Shown here piece by piece: positions 8,021-15,062 of a DNA stretch of 15,728 nucleotides. Origin of the DNA: Planctomycetales bacterium. GTDB lineage: Bacteria; 4484-113. A program made the position numbers and the translations under genes. The notes below the pieces were generated by a model that saw nothing but the letters and a program-made list of their open reading frames with translations, made no database searches and was not told where the DNA came from. The stretch's first letter is position 1; the number at the start of each line of letters is the position of its first letter. Location: the NCBI GenBank assembly GCA_037445915.1, contig JBBIJQ010000046.1, positions 1-15,728 of the forward strand, in the 5' to 3' direction.

Positions 8021-9145
8021 CTAGAGCCTGCGCTTCAAGCTATCCAGCTTCATTTTGAGGAACACGTGCAGCTTGCCGCCCATAATCGCAGCCCTAAGCT
8101 CGCCTACCAGAGAATGGTAGAAATGCAGGTTGTGATGGGTAAGCATCACCCCGGCGGTAATCTCGTCGGCCATAACAAGATGCCGCAGGAAAGCCCGGCT
8201 GTGACGACTGCACATCTCGCAGCCGCACTTTGCAGAAACAGGCGAAGTATCCAGCTCAAACTTCTTTAGCTTCAGGTTAAGAATGCCTTCCCATGTGTAG
8301 GCGACTCCCCGCCGCGCCATTCTAGTGGGCAGGACGCAGTCAAAGAAGTCGTAGCCCATCTGCACCGAGAGAGCAATGTCTTCCGGCGTGCCCAGCCCCA
8401 TCAAATAGCGCGGCTTGCTAGGAGGGAGCCTGTCGGCGCAAAATGCCGCTGTCCTCGCGAACTGCTCACGGGTTTCCCCCACGGCCAGCCCGCCGACGGC
8501 GATGCCTGGGAACCCAAGCCCACCAACAACATCCAAACTCCTCTCCCGCAGTTCAAGGTCTGTGCCGCCCTGGACAATCCCGAATAGGCGCGTCTTTGTC
8601 CGCGCCCCACCTAGGCTTCGCCAATGCTCGTAAGCGCGCTTCGCCCATACGTGCGTGATGGCCATGTCAGCTTCCACTTGCTTGCGCTCGGATGGATGAT
8701 GGCTGCATATGTCAAGCATCATAGCTATGTCGCTTTTGAAGCCGATTTGCGCATCCATCACGTCTTCCGGCGTGAGGAAGAACTGGCGGCCGCTTTCGTA
8801 ATCGCGGAATTTCACGCCGTCCATGGTCACTTTGCGAAGTGGAGACAGGCTCATTATCTGGAAGCCGCCGGAGTCCGTAAGTATGCTGCCTCGCCAGCCG
8901 GTAAACTTCCTCAATCCACCAAGTTCCTTGACAGCGGCAAGCCCAGGGCGGCAAAGAAGGTGGTAGGTGTTCATCAGGATGTGCGGGAATCCGATGCGCT
9001 CAAGGCTGTCAAAGCTGCCATCCTTTACCATCCCGCGCGTGGCGACAGGCTGGAAGTAAGGTGTTGGGACTTGCACGCCGTTCAGCGACATCAAACCCGC
9101 ACGGGCATTACCATCAACGGCTTCAACTGTGAAAAACTTAGCCAT
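8021..9145 (-). CDS. tgt: tRNA-guanine(34) transglycosylase
   Basis: NTYHL, DSGGFQ, LDIC, GIVQGG, GLAVGE, PRYLMGLG, FDCVLPTR and the Zn site CGCEMC...HNL. Confidence 0.96.
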   Translation of the reverse strand: MAKFFTVEAVDGNARAGLMSLNGVQVPTPYFQPVATRGMVKDGSFDSLERIGFPHILMNTYHLLCRPGLAAVKELGGLRKFTGWRGSILTDSGGFQIMSLSPLRKVTMDGVKFRDYESGRQFFLTPEDVMDAQIGFKSDIAMMLDICSHHPSERKQVEADMAITHVWAKRAYEHWRSLGGARTKTRLFGIVQGGTDLELRERSLDVVGGLGFPGIAVGGLAVGETREQFARTAAFCADRLPPSKPRYLMGLGTPEDIALSVQMGYDFFDCVLPTRMARRGVAYTWEGILNLKLKKFELDTSPVSAKCGCEMCSRHSRAFLRHLVMADEITAGVMLTHHNLHFYHSLVGELRAAIMGGKLHVFLKMKLDSLKRRL

Positions 9146-10247
9146 CTTCGCCTGCTATGCGCAACATGGAATCAGTATCCTGCGGAGACTCCCAGGAAAA
9201 CACATTGCATAGGCTTGTGAAATACTTAGGCAGAGGAGCTTTCAGTGAGACTACCTCATTTGTGCGAGGATGCCGGAAGCCGATTGAGTACGCATGGAGA
9301 AACATGCCCGGCGAAGCCTCAACCGCGTCGCGAACCTGCCGTCTTAATTCAGCTTCAGGAAGCGCTTCCAACCATGCTTTATGCAGGCTTTCGTCCATCC
9401 CGCCCCCGAGGAAACTCGCCAGTATTTGGTTCGCACCCTTGCCGTAATCGTCATCGCCGATGATGCTGTGCTTGTTCTCCTTCAAATGAATGCGTATCTG
9501 GTGCGTGCGGCCTGTAATGATGCGAAGGAGGATGAAATTGCATAAGCCGTTAGCTGCGAGCGTGCGGAAAAATGTCAGCGAATGGCGGCCCTCAGGCGCA
9601 GCCATAAACAGCTCTCGGTGATGGGGGTTGCGCGCCAGCAGGTATTCCCAGCGTCCTTGTTCCGGCAGCTCTGGGCCGATGGTGACAGCCAGATAATGCT
9701 TGCGCACGAGGCGCTGCTCAAATGCAGCCTGAAGGATCTGGTGCGTCCGAGCGTCTTTCGCAATTAGCATCAGCCCGCTTGTGCCCTTGTCCAGCCGGTG
9801 CACGATACCAGGCTTCAGCGCTTCACCCGTCTCGGCAAGCTCCACCGATTTAGCCCGTAAGTAATCAACAATCGTCGGTTCGGGCATTCCTTGAACGGGA
9901 TGCACGGTTACGCCTGCGGGCTTGTTGATGGCGAGCAGATACTCGTCTTCGTAAATTGTGTCCAGCGTAAACGGGATGTCCTCAAGCTTGAAGCGCACTT
10001 CGGCGCGGTCGCGGGTAAGCTCGCTCCAAACATCCAGGAGAATGGTGGCAGTTTCACCGCCTCGCAGCGCCATGTTCTTCTTAAGAGGCTTCCCGTTAAT
10101 CAGCGCGCCGCCTGCAGCGATGAGCTTTTGCACTTGCGTTCTTGACGCTCCGGCGAAGCCGTCCACTTCATCAGTGAGCCCTTCGGTAAGCGCAATGTCC
10201 ACGCGCACGCCTTTATATTCGCTGCCGAAGCAAAGCTCCAATCTCAC
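9138..10247 (-). CDS. rluD: RluA-family pseudouridine synthase with N-terminal S4 domain (RluD-like)
   Basis: S4 motif RVD...SRTQVQKLI..G, INKPAGVTVHP, catalytic HRLDKGTSG, TGRTHQIRIH, IGDDDYG, LHA..HP. GTG start overlaps the rbgA TGA (GTGA); the 3' end overlaps tgt by 8 nt. Confidence 0.9.
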   Translation of the reverse strand: MRLELCFGSEYKGVRVDIALTEGLTDEVDGFAGASRTQVQKLIAAGGALINGKPLKKNMALRGGETATILLDVWSELTRDRAEVRFKLEDIPFTLDTIYEDEYLLAINKPAGVTVHPVQGMPEPTIVDYLRAKSVELAETGEALKPGIVHRLDKGTSGLMLIAKDARTHQILQAAFEQRLVRKHYLAVTIGPELPEQGRWEYLLARNPHHRELFMAAPEGRHSLTFFRTLAANGLCNFILLRIITGRTHQIRIHLKENKHSIIGDDDYGKGANQILASFLGGGMDESLHKAWLEALPEAELRRQVRDAVEASPGMFLHAYSIGFRHPRTNEVVSLKAPLPKYFTSLCNVFSWESPQDTDSMLRIAGEDG

Positions 10248-11176
10248 TTGCGGCTCCCGCGCTTCGCCGATGCGCTTTCAAGCCTGCGCAGCAGGTCGGC
10301 GAGCTTCGGCCCGTAATCATCCACTGTCTCCAGCGTGATGCGCCCGAAGCGGGCGTGGCGGAAATCGCCGAGTATCTTGTAGCCCATGTCGTCAAGCAGC
10401 GCATCGCTCATCCGCGCGCCCAGCACGCGCCTGCCCACAGCGTCCGCCATGACCCACGGCTCAGCCTTATCCAACTCGCGCAACTTGTAAAACGCGCTAA
10501 ACTTAGCCCATCCTCTGTCTCCAAGCCGGGCGAAAACCGCCCGCAGCGCATTCTCCAGCGAGCCTTCGTCTTCAGTGATTAGCCCGAGCGCAAGGAGGTG
10601 GGGGCGGCCCTGCTTAAAGCGCGCATAATCGCGCAGTATTCCCGGCGTATCCAACAGGTCAACGCCGTCAATTATGCGAATCCACTGGTAGCCGCGGGTG
10701 ATGCCGGGGCGGTTGCCGGTACGGGCACGGTGGGTGCCGGTCAGGCGGTTAATGATGGTTGACTTTCCGGTATTGGGGACTCCGATGACGACGCAGCGGA
10801 TCGTCGTCTCGCGGATTCCCTGTGCAGCGCGGGCTTTGTGCTTCGCTTCCCATACGCTAGAGAGATGCTTGGTGAGTCGGGCAAAGGATGAGCTGTCGTT
10901 GCTGCTCATTGACAGCGCGGTCAGGCCTTGCTCCTGAAAAAGCTTCGCCCATCGCGCAGTTTCCCTTGGGTCGGCAAGGTCAGCCTTGTTCAAGAGGAAA
11001 ATCCGCGCTCCTGAAAGCTCAGTTTCCACATGAAAAGTCGCCAGGGGCGCGCGCGCTTCCAGGACGTAAACCGCTACGTCCAGGTATGCGGCAATGTCGC
11101 TAGGGAACAGCGCCTTCTGGCTTGCCTGTTGAACCACGCAGCTATTATCGCATGGCGGGACAGTAATTACCGGCAT
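10244..11176 (-). CDS. rbgA: Circularly permuted ribosome biogenesis GTPase RbgA/YlqF (start uncertain: ATG11176 or GTG11137)
   Basis: G4-G1-G2-G3 order: NKADL, GVPNTGKST, GNRPGITRGYQW, DTPG. C-terminal DFRHARFGRITLE. Confidence 0.88.
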   Translation of the reverse strand: MPVITVPPCDNSCVVQQASQKALFPSDIAAYLDVAVYVLEARAPLATFHVETELSGARIFLLNKADLADPRETARWAKLFQEQGLTALSMSSNDSSSFARLTKHLSSVWEAKHKARAAQGIRETTIRCVVIGVPNTGKSTIINRLTGTHRARTGNRPGITRGYQWIRIIDGVDLLDTPGILRDYARFKQGRPHLLALGLITEDEGSLENALRAVFARLGDRGWAKFSAFYKLRELDKAEPWVMADAVGRRVLGARMSDALLDDMGYKILGDFRHARFGRITLETVDDYGPKLADLLRRLESASAKRGSRK

Positions 11177-11200
11177 TAGCGCCTTCCCATGCTATTGCTC

Positions 11201-11209
11201 TGCTACAAT
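11201..11209 (+). promoter_or_regulatory. Extended -10 promoter TGcTACAAT, 7 nt before the ispH ATG
   Basis: Direct motif match. The same 13-mer CTCTGCTACAATC precedes bshA. Confidence 0.6.
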
Positions 11210-11216
11210 CGCGGGG

Positions 11217-12119
11217 ATGCGCATCATATACGCGAGGAGAATGGGCTTTTGCCAAGGAGTGCGGCGCGCTTTTGAATCCACCGCATCCCTTGCGGCAAAG
11301 CTGGACGGCAGGAGCGAGAACACATATATTCTCGGCGACCTCGTCCACAACTCGCGCGTCGTGGAGCGCATCGCAGGATGGGGTATCCAGTTTGCCGGGG
11401 TCAAGGGAATACCTGCAGGAAGCCGCGTGATTATCAGGACGCACGGCGAGACCAAGCGCAACATCGCGCAGCTCAAGGATGCCGGCGATGAGATTGTTGA
11501 CCTTACATGCGCCGTTGTGAAATCGGTGCGTGAGCGCGCCTTGCAGCTCCAGAAACGCCACCCCGCCGTCATTGTCGTAGGTAAGAAAGACCATCCTGAA
11601 GTTCAAGGGCTCGTTTCATACTTGGAAACGCCGCATGTTGTAACCGAGCCCGAAGACGTTTCGTTGTTGCCTGAATACACAAGCGTCGGAGTGGTTGAGC
11701 AGACGACAATCAGCCGGGAGAGGTATGCTGAAGTGCTCGCAGCACTCATCTCTAAGTTCGGCGAAAGCAGTGTAGAAGCGCTTGATACTATCTGTCCGCA
11801 CACCGATGAAAGCCAGCAAGCAAGCAGGGAGACCGCATCTTGCTGTGATATAATGCTTGTTGTCGGGGACGCCCACTCCAGCAATACCCGCCGCCTGTTT
11901 GAAGTATGCGCAGAGGCTAACCCGAATGCGCACTTTCTGAGCTGCGCAGACGAGCTTGACCCCCAGTGGTTTCCGCCGGAGGGAGCCCCGGAATGGGAGA
12001 ATCTTACCGTTGGCATCACCGCAGGTGCATCCACTCCGGACTGGGTTATCGCCGAAATTGCGGAAAAAGCCGGTCAGCTTGGCGGCCAGCAAAAAGGGGA
12101 AGCGTGTTGTGAAACTTAA
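11217..12119 (+). CDS. ispH: 4-hydroxy-3-methylbut-2-enyl diphosphate reductase
   Basis: Three Fe-S cysteines (GFCQGV, DLTCAVV, DTICPHT), LVHN, RTHG, HPEV, QTT, SSNT, TAGASTPDW. Confidence 0.96.
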   Translation: MRIIYARRMGFCQGVRRAFESTASLAAKLDGRSENTYILGDLVHNSRVVERIAGWGIQFAGVKGIPAGSRVIIRTHGETKRNIAQLKDAGDEIVDLTCAVVKSVRERALQLQKRHPAVIVVGKKDHPEVQGLVSYLETPHVVTEPEDVSLLPEYTSVGVVEQTTISRERYAEVLAALISKFGESSVEALDTICPHTDESQQASRETASCCDIMLVVGDAHSSNTRRLFEVCAEANPNAHFLSCADELDPQWFPPEGAPEWENLTVGITAGASTPDWVIAEIAEKAGQLGGQQKGEACCET

Positions 12120-12597
12120 CTTTAAAATACTCGGAAACGATCTCGGCGAGTATGACATCACGCCGGTTGAACCATATCTGAGGAGCCTTCCCAGGCTTAT
12201 CCGGGCGTTCGTGGCCGGGATGGCTCACCCCGAAGTCTCGCCGTGGATGAAAATCTTTGCCACCGCAGGCATCGTTTATTTCTTCTCGCCGCTTGACATC
12301 GTTCCCGACTTCATCACCGGCGTTGGCTTCATTGACGACGTTATCATTATGCTACTTATAATGCAGGCGTTCCTGCGCCGTATTCCTCAGCCGCTGCTTG
12401 AGAGAATCCTCGGCAGCGCGGGAGACAGCGTGTTTTTTAATGTGAAGGACGGCCTGGCCGCCTGCCAGAACACCTTTGCCGAGATATACGCCAAGGTAAT
12501 GGAGCGCTACGACTCGCTGCTGGGGCAAGGCGAGGCCTCGGCGCCTGCCCCTGGCGACCTAGGCGCAGGGAAGCGCGCCGAAGGAGAAAGCGACTAA
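12109..12597 (+). CDS. YkvA/DUF1232 family small membrane protein
   Basis: YFFSPLDIVPDFITGVGFIDD matches the DUF1232 signature. GTG12109 is preceded by purine-rich AAGGGGAAG and overlaps the ispH 3' end by 11 nt, which is more plausible than TTG11956. Confidence 0.85.
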   Translation: MKLNFKILGNDLGEYDITPVEPYLRSLPRLIRAFVAGMAHPEVSPWMKIFATAGIVYFFSPLDIVPDFITGVGFIDDVIIMLLIMQAFLRRIPQPLLERILGSAGDSVFFNVKDGLAACQNTFAEIYAKVMERYDSLLGQGEASAPAPGDLGAGKRAEGESD

Positions 12598-12601
12598 ACG
12601 C

Positions 12602-13576
12602 CTGCGGATAATCTATTGGAGTTCCAGCGAATTCGGGCTGCCAGCGCTGTCGTTCCTGCTCAATTCCGGCCTATACGACGTCCCTTTAGTTGTTACGCGC
12701 GCACCTGCGCTTAAAGGACGCAGGCAAGAGCTTTGCCCCACAGTGATTGGCGATTACATGCGCGCGGAATTTCCAGAAGTTGAGGTTGCAGAACCGGAAC
12801 GACTGGCATACAACGAGGAACTGAAGGCGAAAGTGCGCGCGCTTAACCCTGATGCGTATATCCTTGCAAGCTTCGGGATGATACTTCCCCAAAGTTTTCT
12901 TACCCTCACGGGCCATCCGCTTTGCCTGCACCCCGGTCCACTCCCGAAGTTGCGCGGCCCAATTCCCATACGCGCGGCATTGATGGAAGGCTACATTGAG
13001 ACCGAGCTTTGTGTGATGAAAATGGTGCGCGAGGCGGATGCCGGGCCTGTAATGTTGCGCCGTAAGCATCTCATTGACCCGCAGGATAACTTCGGAACGC
13101 TGCGGGAGAAGCTGGCGCTGCTGGGCGCGCAATGCACAGAAATCGCGCTGCACAAAATAGCGGAGGGAAGCGCAGTTTACGAGCCGCAGCTTGGCGAGCC
13201 AAGCTACACGCGCATTATGGCGAACGAGGATTCCTACATTGACTTTAGCTGGTGTGCGCGCCGCATTGTGAACTTCATCAGGGGGATGGCGCCGGAGCCG
13301 GGCGCGGCATGCTTAGACCCCTGGGGCCACCGGCTGAAGATACTTTGCGCGACGGAGCGCAGGCAGCCCATCCCTGGCGCTGTTCCCGGCGTGATAGTCG
13401 CAGAGAGCAAGTTGAACTTTGAATTTGCGGCAGGCGATGACAACGCAGTCTGCGTACATGAAGTCCAGCCGGAGGGCAGGAGGGTAATGAGCGCGCGCGA
13501 ATACCTTGCCGGCCACCATGTTTCCACGGGCCTAAGCATGGGGATGATTCCTAGAGAAAGGAAAGCGCGGGATTAG
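12602..13576 (+). CDS. fmt: Methionyl-tRNA formyltransferase; true start lies upstream of the tracked ORF, probably the non-canonical CTG12602
   Basis: The frame upstream of GTG12743 reads LRIIYWSSSEFGLPALSFLLNSGLYDVPLVVTRAPALKGRRQELCPTV, matching the Fmt N-terminus pattern. Also ASFGMILP, HPGPLPKLRG..PI, DAGPV, IRGMAPEPGA, and the C-terminal VQPEGRRVMSAREYL. Confidence 0.88.
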   Translation: MRIIYWSSSEFGLPALSFLLNSGLYDVPLVVTRAPALKGRRQELCPTVIGDYMRAEFPEVEVAEPERLAYNEELKAKVRALNPDAYILASFGMILPQSFLTLTGHPLCLHPGPLPKLRGPIPIRAALMEGYIETELCVMKMVREADAGPVMLRRKHLIDPQDNFGTLREKLALLGAQCTEIALHKIAEGSAVYEPQLGEPSYTRIMANEDSYIDFSWCARRIVNFIRGMAPEPGAACLDPWGHRLKILCATERRQPIPGAVPGVIVAESKLNFEFAAGDDNAVCVHEVQPEGRRVMSAREYLAGHHVSTGLSMGMIPRERKARD

Positions 13577-13582
13577 CGGCGC

Positions 13583-14731
13583 CTAGCCGCAGTTCATCTG
13601 ACTGTAAACCTCAAGGTACTTTTCCACTTGCGCGTCCCGCGAAAACTTTGTCAGCGGCTTGAGCGCTGCAGCTTGTGACATCTTCGCCATCCCGGGCTTG
13701 TCCTCAAGCAGCTTTAGGGCTGCGCCCGCCATTCCGCTAATGTCTTCGGGTCTTTTCAGCACGCCGTCCACCCCATCGTCAATTACTTCCGGCAGGCCGC
13801 CGATATTGCTAGCGATGACGGGAGTTCCGCATGCCATCGCTTCCAGCGCAGCCAGTCCGAAGCTTTCGGAACTGCTTGGCATCAGCAGGAGGTCGGCGGC
13901 GGCAAGGTAGGGGGGGAGTTGGAGAGTATTATCTATAAAAGTAACTTCGCGGGATACGCCGAGCTGACATGCGCGCTCTTCAGCCTGGCTGCGGTCAGGG
14001 CCGTTTCCAATCATCACCATCCTCGCGGGCATCTGACCGCGCACTTGGGCGAACACTTCAACCGCCGCCGGCGCTCGTTTCACTAGCCGGTAGTTGCTGA
14101 CATGCATCAAAAGCGCGCACCCATCAGGCGCGAACCGAGTGCGGATGGAGGCTACGTCCGGCTGGTTGGGATGGAAGACCTCTGGCGCAACGAAATTATG
14201 GATGACTTCAATGTCCTGGCAAGGGCTGAATACTTCGCAAGTCGCATCTTTAAGCGAAAACGAAACAGCAGTGACGACCTTGCTTACTTGCAGTGCAAAA
14301 CAGACGACGCTTCGGTAGGAAGGGTCAAGGCCGACGATAGTGATGTCGGTTCCGTGTAACGTTGTAACGACGGATAGCTTTCCGTTAAGCATGTCCGACG
14401 CGAGGTGAGCGGCGATAGTGTGCGGCACTGCATAATGCGCGTGGACAAGTTGGATGTCGCGGTCGCGGGCAGTGTCGGCGATCTTAGCTGCAAGGGTTAA
14501 AGCGTAGGGCTGCTGGTCAAACATTGAGTACGCAGGACCGCTGACTTCGTGGAAGAAGATGCGGTCTTCAAGCTGCACGCCGTAGCGGTGCATCTCCAGG
14601 CGCACCGGCATGGCGCTGGAGATGAAGTGAACCTCCCATCCGCGCCGCGCAAGCGCGATACCCAGCTCTGATGCGACGATGCCACTCCCGCCGTAAGTTG
14701 GGAACGCGACCATAATTACCGCTTCACGCAT
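13583..14731 (-). CDS. bshA: N-acetyl-alpha-D-glucosaminyl L-malate synthase (bacillithiol glycosyltransferase, GT4)
   Basis: FPTYGGSGIVASELG, HAHYAVPH, TTLHGTDITIVG, HVSNYRLVKR, ESFGLAALEAMACG. The homologous region begins at ATG14731 (MREAVIMVAF). Confidence 0.9.
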   Translation of the reverse strand: MREAVIMVAFPTYGGSGIVASELGIALARRGWEVHFISSAMPVRLEMHRYGVQLEDRIFFHEVSGPAYSMFDQQPYALTLAAKIADTARDRDIQLVHAHYAVPHTIAAHLASDMLNGKLSVVTTLHGTDITIVGLDPSYRSVVCFALQVSKVVTAVSFSLKDATCEVFSPCQDIEVIHNFVAPEVFHPNQPDVASIRTRFAPDGCALLMHVSNYRLVKRAPAAVEVFAQVRGQMPARMVMIGNGPDRSQAEERACQLGVSREVTFIDNTLQLPPYLAAADLLLMPSSSESFGLAALEAMACGTPVIASNIGGLPEVIDDGVDGVLKRPEDISGMAGAALKLLEDKPGMAKMSQAAALKPLTKFSRDAQVEKYLEVYSQMNCG

Positions 14732-14739
14732 GTGCGGAG

Positions 14740-14748
14740 ATTGTAGCA
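14740..14748 (-). promoter_or_regulatory. Extended -10 promoter TGcTACAAT, 8 nt before the bshA ATG
   Basis: Minus strand reads CTCTGCTACAATCTCCGCAC-ATG, with no SD sequence in between. Confidence 0.6.
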
Positions 14749-14832
14749 GAGGTGATGGAAGGGGTAAGGGGTAAGGGCAAGGAAGAAGCTCAATAGATAC
14801 ACTGTTGCTTCTACTAGGCAACACAGCCGGAT

Positions 14833-14894
14833 GGAGTCGGGACTTTCCAGTCCCGATATGGGAATACAGAACGCGACTGGAAAGTCGCGTCCCA
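14833..14894. repeat. Inverted doublet of 20-nt palindromes (REP/REPIN-like)
   Basis: TCGGGACT-TTCC-AGTCCCGA (14837-14856, +) and ACGCGACT-TTCC-AGTCGCGT (14890-14871, -), 14 nt apart. Confidence 0.6.
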
Positions 14895-14917
14895 GTCCTT
14901 CTTTCTACTGATGCGTG

Positions 14918-14945
14918 TTGACCCCACGCGCGGGCGTGGTATACT
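14918..14945 (+). promoter_or_regulatory. Sigma70-type promoter TTGACC-N16-TATACT (with TGn extension) for tRNA-Met
   Basis: -35 at 14918-14923, TG at 14937-14938, -10 at 14940-14945, 5 nt before the tRNA 5' end. Confidence 0.7.
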
Positions 14946-14950
14946 TCACG

Positions 14951-15023
14951 TGCGGGGTGGAGCGGCCGGTAGCTCGCCAGGCTCATAACCTGGAGGTCGC
15001 AGGTTCGAATCCTGCCCCCGCAA
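14951..15023 (+). tRNA. tRNA-Met (CAT), initiator (fMet)-type, CCA not encoded
   Basis: TGCGGGG/CCCCGCA acceptor stem with G2:C71, C3:G70 and A73; D-stem GAGC/GCTC with A11:U24; anticodon arm CCAGG-CTCATAA-CCTGG; T arm GCAGG-TTCGAAT-CCTGC. Confidence 0.93.
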
Positions 15024-15037
15024 CTTAGGCCGCTCAT

Positions 15038-15059
15038 GCGCCGGTTAGCCGGCGCTTTT
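15038..15059 (+). terminator. Intrinsic terminator after tRNA-Met
   Basis: GCGCCGG-TTAG-CCGGCGC followed by TTTT, between the tRNA and the convergent gene. Confidence 0.7.
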
Positions 15060-15062
15060 CGC

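Noticed and set aside
8624-9220. Long antisense and alternate-frame ORFs (e.g. 8624..9220, 11616..12161, 11145..11606, 12686..13153, 15036..15461)
   Set aside because: They are shadows of well-supported genes in GC-rich DNA, with no recognisable motifs.
11956-12108. TTG11956 start for the DUF1232 gene
   Set aside because: It would overlap ispH by more than 160 nt with non-homologous sequence. GTG12109 has an SD-like element.
14757-14782. GGGGTAAGGGGTAAGGGCAAGG short tandem repeat / possible G-quadruplex
   Set aside because: Only about three degenerate 7-nt units, and the fourth G-run has two G. No functional support.
14837-14890. Mini CRISPR array
   Set aside because: Only two units, inverted rather than direct, with a 14-nt spacer and no cas genes in the window.
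14732-15037. N-terminal extension of the 484-aa ORF 13583..15037
   Set aside because: It runs antisense through tRNA-Met, its promoter and the palindromes. BshA homology and a promoter both point to ATG14731.
7300-15060. tRNA-anchored genomic island or prophage
   Set aside because: No integrase, no duplicated tRNA 3' end seen, and flanking genes are housekeeping.
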